DNA of 32,000 bases from Candidatus Saccharimonadota bacterium. GTDB lineage: Bacteria > Pseudomonadota > Alphaproteobacteria > CAJXXZ01 > 1604HC. How positions within the stretch are numbered: the stretch's first letter is position 1; every line of letters starts with the position of its first letter. Location of the stretch: NCBI RefSeq assembly GCF_008189405.1, contig NZ_CP043316.1:1-32000 (forward strand), given 5' to 3'. Below are positions 25,072 to 32,000 of this stretch, one piece after another. Made by a program: the position numbers and the translations under genes. The notes under the pieces were generated by a model. It saw only the letters and a program-made list of their open reading frames with translations, ran no database searches and was not told where the DNA came from.

Positions 25072-25899
25072 ATGTTGGAATTGTCAAAAAAGATATGCAA
25101 AAAAGTCGTAAATAATGGTTTTCATAATTTTCATGTGTTTCATAGTAAAAATAAGAGCAAGTTTTCAATTGTATTTGCGCATAATATTTTAGGAAACCAT
25201 AAAGATATGAAATTCTTAATTGAGAAATTCATAGATAAATTTAATGTTATTGCAATTGATTTTTCTGGTCATGCTGGAAGTGATAATTTAACAAAATACT
25301 CGTATGATGCATATTTACATGATTGTGTGGCAGCTTTGAATTATGCAGATACATCTCATGTTATTTGGATTGGGCAAGGTATAGGGGGTATTTTAGGAGC
25401 AAAATTAGCAAAATTGAATTCTAGCCCTATTCTTGGGTTGGTTGCTTTTGATGTTATGAAATTTACAAATAAAAGTATCGATATATTAGATATTGAATTT
25501 GAATATAAAACATTTATAGATGCTCGTGAAGCGATTTATGAAAAGTATTCTAAGATTAATAAAAATATTCTGGATCAAATAATGTTAGATAAATATAAGG
25601 TAATGAATGAGATGTTTGTGAATAATTATCATATTAAAATCATTTCACAGATAGATAATTTTTTTAATTGTAATGTTTTGAGCTATTTGGAAGGTGTAAA
25701 ATGTAAAACACTGGTTATGGATGATCAGGATTTGCTGAAAAGTCTTAAAAATTCATATATCGATGTTTACAATGTAGATAATGAAATAATATTAATGTAT
25801 CAAGAAGAGCAGATTAATTTTATTTATAATTGGGCAAACTCTATTTTTAATAATGCAGAAGTATTTATGGAGCAGTTCCAAATGAAGCATGTCTCTTAA
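25072..25899 (+). CDS. Alpha/beta-hydrolase-fold protein with the nucleophile Ser replaced by Gly (275 aa)
   Basis: Fold-typical order: IVFAHNILGNHKDM, then VIAIDFSGHAGSD, then the nucleophile elbow VIWIGQGIGGILGAKLA. The canonical G-H-S-M-G-G reads G-Q-G-I-G-G here, with Gly103 encoded by ggt at 25378-25380. The 3' end overlaps recJ by 11 nt. Confidence 0.65.
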   Translation: MLELSKKICKKVVNNGFHNFHVFHSKNKSKFSIVFAHNILGNHKDMKFLIEKFIDKFNVIAIDFSGHAGSDNLTKYSYDAYLHDCVAALNYADTSHVIWIGQGIGGILGAKLAKLNSSPILGLVAFDVMKFTNKSIDILDIEFEYKTFIDAREAIYEKYSKINKNILDQIMLDKYKVMNEMFVNNYHIKIISQIDNFFNCNVLSYLEGVKCKTLVMDDQDLLKSLKNSYIDVYNVDNEIILMYQEEQINFIYNWANSIFNNAEVFMEQFQMKHVS

Positions 25900-27562
25900 A
25901 AATTCTTCTCAATGCTATCCTCATAGTTCTGCGCAAAGCGATAGTATATCTCTCAAGGGTAATATGTGGATTTATCCAAAAGAATTAGATACAAACCATT
26001 TAAAGCAGGTTGCAGAATCTTATGACTTATCTAACTTAGAGTCAATTTTCCTCATGAATCGTATTACAAATATTCATGGATTTCTAAATGATAAAATATC
26101 TGATTATTTACAGGATAAGAATCTGGTAGATATGGGTTTGGTCGTACAAAGAATTAAACGTGCTATTCAAAATAAAGAGAAAGTTGCAATATTAGGAGAT
26201 TATGATGTGGATGGCATTACTTCTACTGCCTTATTTATTAAATTATTTGATTTTTGCAAGATTGATTATGTGTATAAAATTCCCAATAGATCTGATGGAT
26301 ATGGTCATAATATTGATGATATAAATAAGATAGATGCATCATTAATATTAGTGTTGGATTGTGGGAGTAGTCAGGATTTTACAGATGTAGAAAGTGATGT
26401 ATGTATTATTGATCATCACCAAACTAGCGAGAATCCAAATGTATTAGGTTTTGTAAATCCATATAGGTTAGATATAAATCCATTGACACAAGAGAATTTC
26501 AAAGGATTATGTACAGCAGGATTAATATTTATTGTTATTTTCAATTTAGTAAAGGAAATGAATTTACAGTTTGATTTTAAAGCTTTATTAGATTTAGTTG
26601 CATTAGGCACTATTGGAGATTGTATGGAATTAACTGGAATTAATAGGGCATATGTTAAATATGGATTGCAATTAATGAATCTGAAAAAAAGAGATGGCAT
26701 TAAATTTTTATGTGAAAATTTGAAATTAGGGCAAATCACAGCATCTCAAGTAGCGTTTTATATTTGTCCTTGCATTAACGCAGCTGGTAGGCTTGGAGAA
26801 TCCAATATTGCATTAAGATTTCTATGTAATGATCATGAATCATATGAGTTATCAAGAACTTTAATTGCATTAAATAGTAGAAGAAAAGAAATTGAACAAG
26901 CCTGTTTACAAGAAATCTTAAATAGCTTAGATAATATGGCTGCTCCAGAAAAATGTATTATTGTTGAGAATGAGCAGTGGCATCCTGGTATCGTTGGTAT
27001 TTTAGCTGGAAGATTGAAAGAAAAATTCACTTTGCCAACTTTTGTTTTATATAAAAAAGGAGAGTTCTGGAAAGGATCAGCACGGTCAGTTAATGGAGTG
27101 AATATTGGGTCATTAATTCATGATTCTGTATGCAAAGAATTCGCAAAAGAAGGTGGTGGTCATGCTATGGCTGGAGGAGTGACAATCCATCAGAGTCACT
27201 ATGGACAATGGAAAAATTTTATAATAGAAAACATTAAATATGGGAATACAGAGAACACAATTAAGATAGATGCGAATATGAGTTTAAAAGCCGTATGCAA
27301 TATATCAGTGGATAAAATAGCACCATTTGGCATAGGAAATAATCCACCTCAAGTCATTGTGAAGAAAATATTATTAGAAAATGCAGTGAAGTACAATGAG
27401 CATGTTAGGTTGAATCTGAATGAAAATGGATTTAGAAAAAGCATATTTGCATTTAGATGGGGTGATTTGTACGAAAAACTACCTATAGGTAAGTTTATAG
27501 ATATAATTATAAAAGTAGATGAGGGAAATAAAATGAATATTATCGATCTTTATGCTGTATAA
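25889..27562 (+). CDS. recJ: Single-stranded-DNA-specific exonuclease RecJ (557 aa)
   Basis: DHH family motifs ILGDYDVDGITSTAL, VLDCG and IIDHH. DHHA1 motif GGGHAMAGG. Confidence 0.9.
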   Translation: MSLKNSSQCYPHSSAQSDSISLKGNMWIYPKELDTNHLKQVAESYDLSNLESIFLMNRITNIHGFLNDKISDYLQDKNLVDMGLVVQRIKRAIQNKEKVAILGDYDVDGITSTALFIKLFDFCKIDYVYKIPNRSDGYGHNIDDINKIDASLILVLDCGSSQDFTDVESDVCIIDHHQTSENPNVLGFVNPYRLDINPLTQENFKGLCTAGLIFIVIFNLVKEMNLQFDFKALLDLVALGTIGDCMELTGINRAYVKYGLQLMNLKKRDGIKFLCENLKLGQITASQVAFYICPCINAAGRLGESNIALRFLCNDHESYELSRTLIALNSRRKEIEQACLQEILNSLDNMAAPEKCIIVENEQWHPGIVGILAGRLKEKFTLPTFVLYKKGEFWKGSARSVNGVNIGSLIHDSVCKEFAKEGGGHAMAGGVTIHQSHYGQWKNFIIENIKYGNTENTIKIDANMSLKAVCNISVDKIAPFGIGNNPPQVIVKKILLENAVKYNEHVRLNLNENGFRKSIFAFRWGDLYEKLPIGKFIDIIIKVDEGNKMNIIDLYAV

Positions 27563-27798
27563 AAAATAGTTGCATAAGTGTTATATGTGCTACATAAATT
27601 ACAATATACCTATACTTTGTCATATTCTTATTATCATTATTTTCTGTGAAACTACTGCATATTTCATGTGATAATGCATGTATTTTTCTATAATATATTT
27701 ATATATTTTCTTGTAATTTTTCTATATATTATGTCCATTATTGAGCAATAGGCCATTAGGCACTTTATAACATTAAAATACTATGATATTTCTAGTGC

Positions 27799-29145
27799 AT
27801 GCTTGTTGTTACCCGTTTTGCCCCTTCACCTACAGGAGATTTACATATTGGAGGAGTTAGGACCGCTTTATTTAATTGGTTATTTGCTAAAGTTCATAAT
27901 GGTAAATTTTTATTACGAATTGAAGATACAGATCAAAGCCGTTCAAATGATAAGTCATTAACAACTATTATTGATGGTTTGTCGTGGATGCATATAAACT
28001 GGGATAAAGAAATTGTGCATCAATCTAATAATGTAGATTATCATAGGAGCATTGCTTATGATCTATTAGAGCGGAAATTAGCTTATAAATGTTATTTAAC
28101 TCCTGAAGAGTTAACAGAAATCAGAGAAAGTAATGATCATAAACAGTTGAGAAAATATAGAGATCACATAAATGATTTAGATTTGCCTTATGTTATAAGG
28201 TTTAAAATGCCATTAAATGGAAAGATAGTTATGAATGATCTTGTTCAAGGACCTATTAAGATTGATTGTGAACAATTAGAAGATTTTGTTTTATTGCGTC
28301 AGGATGGAAACCCAACATATCAACTTGCGTGTGCTGCTGATGATTATAAGATGAATGTTACACATATTATCCGAGGGGATGATCATATTACTAATGCATT
28401 TAAGCAGATTGCTATATATCAAGCGCTAGAATGGACATTGCCATATTATTCTCATATCCCACTTATACATAATGATATTGGTAAAAAACTATCTAAAAGG
28501 AATCAAGATTCTGGTATCTCTTTCTATAGAGATATGGGCATTTTGCCTGAAGCAATGCTTAACTATTTGCTGAGGCTGGGTTGGAGTCATGGAGATGATG
28601 AAATTATTAGCGTAGACCAAGCAATTAAGTGGTTTAATTTAGAAAATATTGGAAAATCTGCTGCTCAACTTAATATGGATAAATTATTGCATATTAATAG
28701 TGTATATTTGCGCAATAAAGATGACGCAGAACTCTATTCTTTATTATGCAATGGCATGAAATTGGACATTGATAGTATTCAGTGTGATATGGTGAAAAAA
28801 TCAATTTCTTCCTTGAAAGTCAGAGCTAATACGATGAATGAATTAAAGTGTATGGTTCAAGATTTTTTTGGAGATAAATTACCTGAATATCATATTAGCA
28901 CTCCAGAAATTTCTACAGAAATACAAAGTTTTTTGAAAAATTGGATCCCGAGTGAATTAGAAAATGAATTCAGAGAAGAATTAAAGAAACATAATATAAA
29001 ACTAAAAGATGTTGCTCCATTTATTAGATTTGCTTTGTCTGGTAGAAAAATATCTCCAGGAATTTTCGATATGATTAAATTTTTAGGTACAGAATTATCA
29101 AAATATAGATTAGACTATGCCTTGAGACATGCTGTTAAATTATAA
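27799..29145 (+). CDS. gltX: Glutamate--tRNA ligase (448 aa)
   Basis: N-terminal TRFAPSPTGDLHIGGVRTALFNW (HIGH). LRIEDTDQSRS block. IIRGDDHITN block. KLSKRN (KMSKS). Confidence 0.95.
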   Translation: MLVVTRFAPSPTGDLHIGGVRTALFNWLFAKVHNGKFLLRIEDTDQSRSNDKSLTTIIDGLSWMHINWDKEIVHQSNNVDYHRSIAYDLLERKLAYKCYLTPEELTEIRESNDHKQLRKYRDHINDLDLPYVIRFKMPLNGKIVMNDLVQGPIKIDCEQLEDFVLLRQDGNPTYQLACAADDYKMNVTHIIRGDDHITNAFKQIAIYQALEWTLPYYSHIPLIHNDIGKKLSKRNQDSGISFYRDMGILPEAMLNYLLRLGWSHGDDEIISVDQAIKWFNLENIGKSAAQLNMDKLLHINSVYLRNKDDAELYSLLCNGMKLDIDSIQCDMVKKSISSLKVRANTMNELKCMVQDFFGDKLPEYHISTPEISTEIQSFLKNWIPSELENEFREELKKHNIKLKDVAPFIRFALSGRKISPGIFDMIKFLGTELSKYRLDYALRHAVKL

Positions 29146-30565
29146 AAAAATACCTATATATTTAATTTTACTTAACTTGCTATCTATTTCAATAATAGTG
29201 TATATTAGCTTTGTTATAAATGGTTGGTATAGTTCTTTTTATTCTGTACTTGCAACTCGTAATGCAGATTTGCTTTATTTGATTTTTATTTTTGTTGCAT
29301 ATAATGCTATATCTCATATTAGCATGAGTATAAAAGAATTTATTGAGTGCTCTATTGCTATTAAATGGCGCAAAAACATTACATATAATTTAGTGGAAAA
29401 GATTAAGCCATCATTGATTGATATTGCCAATCCAGATCAAAGGTTATGTGAAGATACAGAAGAATTCACATCATATACTGTTAGGCTAATTTCAGATTTA
29501 ATTTTAAATGCTATTTCTTTGATTATTTTTATTGTGATTTTATTTCGTGTTACTTCATTTTTATCTGGTATTAAGCTAGTTTTTGGAATGGTTTCTTACA
29601 CATTATTTTGCAATTATATTTTATCTAAATATATTAAAAAATATACACTATATTATGGAGAAATAGATGAGGTGAATGAAGCAAATTTACGCTCAGATGT
29701 ATATGAATTGCACCAAGCAAAGTATGGGTTTAGCTCTGCTTTAAAAAACGTAATTTATAGTATTTTTAATGCTTTATTTTTGAATAAGATACGATATTTT
29801 AAATATAAGTCTGCATTATCTTTTTTGCAGAAGTTTTTTGATGATAATATTGGTATGATATTGCCATATTTTCTAATGTATTATTTTACAAATGATGGAG
29901 CATGGGATATTGGGATTATTATGCAAGTTGTGCATTGTTTAGTAACTATTAAATTTAGGATGATGTTTTTTAGTGAGAATATACAAAAAATATCTGTCAT
30001 GAAAATTGGATATATACGCTTAAAGCAGTATATTCACAATGTTTTAGCCAATCAAAGTACAAATTTACAATGTGATAAATCCCTTAATCTCCAATTAAAA
30101 TTTGAGAAAATCATAGCAGAGGACAAATTATTATTAAAAAATATAAAATTTAGTATAGAAAAAGGCGAGTCTGTTTGTTTGTATGGTGAATCAGGGATTG
30201 GCAAAACTACATTACTTCGTTATATTAATAACTCTATTAAAAATGCCAAAGGGCAGATAAGCTATGACGGCACTATGAGATGTTTATGTTTGCAGAATCT
30301 GCAGAATTATATTTTGCTAATGCGTAAAAATAAAGTAGAATACTTATCTCAAGGAGAATTACAACAAGAATGTATTTCATGCTTGATAACAGATAAGCCA
30401 GATTGGATTGTTTGGGATGAATTTTGCTTAGGGTTATCTCAGCAGAGTAAAGAAAAAGCATTTAATAGATTAAAATCATGCTTAATTAATACTGGGTTAA
30501 TTATATTGTCTCAGGATAAGTTAGATTTTTGTGATAAGAGCATTGCTTTAGAAAGGTTCAAATGA
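29129..30565 (+). CDS. ABC half-transporter, ABCD/YddA-type membrane domain fused to a short, divergent nucleotide-binding domain (478 aa)
   Basis: Membrane-domain motifs INGWYSSFYSVLATRNADL and NPDQRLCEDTEEFT (NPDQR..eD...f, typical of the ABC_membrane_2 / SbmA-BacA-like fold). Walker A GESGIGKTT. Signature LSQGELQQ (in place of LSGGEQQR). Walker B WIVWDEF. The H-loop position reads SQD rather than SHR. The gene overlaps gltX by 17 nt. Confidence 0.7.
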   Translation: MLLNYKKIPIYLILLNLLSISIIVYISFVINGWYSSFYSVLATRNADLLYLIFIFVAYNAISHISMSIKEFIECSIAIKWRKNITYNLVEKIKPSLIDIANPDQRLCEDTEEFTSYTVRLISDLILNAISLIIFIVILFRVTSFLSGIKLVFGMVSYTLFCNYILSKYIKKYTLYYGEIDEVNEANLRSDVYELHQAKYGFSSALKNVIYSIFNALFLNKIRYFKYKSALSFLQKFFDDNIGMILPYFLMYYFTNDGAWDIGIIMQVVHCLVTIKFRMMFFSENIQKISVMKIGYIRLKQYIHNVLANQSTNLQCDKSLNLQLKFEKIIAEDKLLLKNIKFSIEKGESVCLYGESGIGKTTLLRYINNSIKNAKGQISYDGTMRCLCLQNLQNYILLMRKNKVEYLSQGELQQECISCLITDKPDWIVWDEFCLGLSQQSKEKAFNRLKSCLINTGLIILSQDKLDFCDKSIALERFK

Positions 30566-31392
30566 TTATTTATAGAATACTCCCTTTTATTTATATTACA
30601 TCCTATGTATCTATTCTATTTCTTATGAAACAGGTAAATCTAGATTCGAGTGTAAAGGCGTTAGTTAGGTTTGGTATTTCATTTTTAGCGTTGATGCCAT
30701 TATTTGCATTCAATATACGTAAATTGAAAACGTATAACCATAAAGTATATTTACTGAGAGCATTAATTGCATCTTGCGCTGTGTTGCTTACTTATAAGGT
30801 ATATAATAGCCTGCCTTTTGCAAGTGCTACATCTATATCTTTAAGTGAACCACTATTTAGTGCATTATTATCATTCTTAATACTAAGGGAAAGTATCTCT
30901 ACTAAGAAGTGGATCATGCTATTTATGGGTTATATAGGGGTGATAGTATCGATATGGCCTATAGATTTCGCAAATAAATATATTATGCTTCAAGGATTTT
31001 TACTCATTGCTAATATACTTGTTTCATTCAATAGCATAATGATCAAACAGCTAAGTGTTAAAGAAAATGCTATAACTGTAATATTTTATTTATATGTATA
31101 TATTATTCCTGTATTGTTTTTGCTAAATATAATATTGGGTAACAGTGTGTGTATTGCTAATATGTTTACTTTCGAGAATATGAGAATATTGATTCCTATT
31201 GGAATCTTAGGTGCTTTTAATAATTTAATTATGATTTATTCTTTGAAAAAATTGCCAGTTTCTACATTTACATCTTCTCAGTATTTTAGAATATTCTTGG
31301 CTTCTGCAATGAGTTTTTACGCAGGAGAGCATATATCAGCAAGTGAAGTAATTGGAAGTATAATTATTGTCATTAGCTCTGCTTTTATATAG
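30562..31392 (+). CDS. DMT-superfamily (EamA-like) transporter, about 10 TM (276 aa)
   Basis: About ten hydrophobic segments in a two-fold repeat arrangement. An EamA-like loop LRESISTKKW follows TM4. The start overlaps the ABC gene stop (ATGA). Confidence 0.6.
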   Translation: MIIYRILPFIYITSYVSILFLMKQVNLDSSVKALVRFGISFLALMPLFAFNIRKLKTYNHKVYLLRALIASCAVLLTYKVYNSLPFASATSISLSEPLFSALLSFLILRESISTKKWIMLFMGYIGVIVSIWPIDFANKYIMLQGFLLIANILVSFNSIMIKQLSVKENAITVIFYLYVYIIPVLFLLNIILGNSVCIANMFTFENMRILIPIGILGAFNNLIMIYSLKKLPVSTFTSSQYFRIFLASAMSFYAGEHISASEVIGSIIIVISSAFI

Positions 31393-31605
31393 AAATTATA
31401 AAAACTGCAATCAAATATGGTTTATATTCAAAATTATTGTAATTTAACATAGTTTGAGTTAAAAATAGTAGTTTTATTGCTGAATATAAATTTTGGATAT
31501 TATAATATAATGATACAGTAGTATGCTTAGTATAATAATTTTTGAATAGAGAGTTATTTGTTTGAGTGTAGATGGCGCTATGCTGATTCTGACACTTTAA
31601 TTATT

Positions 31606-32000
31606 CTAAGCAATATTCCATTTTCCATTCTCTTCTTTCCATATTTTCCCTTTTGCTTTGTCTTCAGGTGGGTTCCATAGTATATTTTCTACACTATCAT
31701 ACTGATCATTAGCATGGTGGAAATAAATATGCACATCAAATTTTATGTTTTTCATATGATGATTGTTTCCTATATTATGCTTTTGAGTGCTTAAAACTAC
31801 AGGTTGCTCATTTAAATATTTATCATTTTCATCTCCATGCGGAAGAAATTTTCTAAACTTCCAAAATGCTTCATTTAAAATATCCATATCTTCTGCATTT
31901 TTTGTTATCAGTAATATTCTTTTATTGTATTTATATAACTTGTAAATTAGCTCAAATAAATTTCTTACAGATTTATCTATATTGCAAAAATAAGTAATCA
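31606..32000 (-). CDS. holC: DNA polymerase III subunit chi (HolC), N-terminus cut by the window edge
   Basis: The reading frame stays open upstream of the track Met as far as position 32000 (..CNIDKSVRNLFELIYKLYKYNKRILLITKNAEDMDILNEAFWKFRKFLPHGDE..). The blocks RILL....ED...L.E.LW.F....FLPHG and the C-terminal ..KGKIWKEENGKW fit the chi-subunit pattern. Confidence 0.6.
   Translation of the reverse strand, partial: ITYFCNIDKSVRNLFELIYKLYKYNKRILLITKNAEDMDILNEAFWKFRKFLPHGDENDKYLNEQPVVLSTQKHNIGNNHHMKNIKFDVHIYFHHANDQYDSVENILWNPPEDKAKGKIWKEENGKWNIA

Noticed and set aside
1680-30461. Many 62-131 aa ORFs on the strand opposite to, or in another frame of, well-supported genes. Examples: 1680-1940, 2953-3228, 3155-3346, 6130-6333, 9065-9268, 9219-9614, 9948-10202, 11227-11418, 15447-15665, 16316-16654, 18159-18386, 19813-20013, 22430-22639, 24718-24945, 26416-26739, 26833-27030, 30273-30461.
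   Set aside because: Each lies entirely inside a gene with clear family motifs. Their translations are Ile/Phe/Leu/Asn/Ser/Cys-rich with no motifs. Shadow ORFs like these are expected in AT-rich DNA where stop codons are depleted opposite coding frames.

Overview
The window is AT-rich and densely packed. I count about 30 protein genes plus one tRNA, almost all housekeeping, with short spacers and many overlapping stop/start junctions. All calls below come from reading the translations and the DNA by eye; no search or computation was run.

The content points to a reduced-genome, probably obligate intracellular alphaproteobacterium (Rickettsiales/Holosporales-like). The evidence is:
- a TLC-family ATP/ADP translocase;
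- a MipZ-type division ATPase;
- a PopZ/DUF2497-like gene directly upstream of valS;
- the 41-aa Cys-poor L36 form, standing alone;
- the rpsT-dnaA and dapA-smpB gene pairs.

The genetic code looks standard: TGA is used as a stop and TGG encodes Trp.

Recognised genes, in order: a GspE/PilB-type ATPase, a GspF/PilC-type platform protein, an orphan bitopic protein, yidD, a PopZ-like gene, valS, a bamE-like gene, rpmJ, a small orphan, mutS, nth (-), ruvX, rpsT, dnaA, glmU, glmS, tRNA-Ser(UGA) (-), plsC, tlc (-), mipZ, smpB (-), dapA (-), mltG (-), a small beta-barrel outer membrane protein (-), an alpha/beta-fold protein, recJ, gltX, an ABCD/YddA-type ABC half-transporter, an EamA transporter and a partial holC (-).

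I see no transposase, integrase, phage gene, CRISPR array, toxin-antitoxin pair or obvious defence island, and I cannot point to a clear novel multi-gene system. The observations most worth following up are:
1. An uncharacterised bitopic protein tightly coupled to the pilB/pilC-like pair. It is a possible GspL or PilM-PilN analogue.
2. The glmS/tRNA-Ser spacer appears to consist of about four decayed tandem copies of a tRNA-Ser-like unit.
3. An alpha/beta-hydrolase-fold protein has Gly in place of the nucleophile Ser.
4. dapA carries a low-complexity insertion of roughly 40-50 aa.
5. The nth/ruvX divergent spacer contains short direct repeats spaced about 10 bp apart.
6. A small His/acid-rich ORF is translationally coupled to rpmJ.
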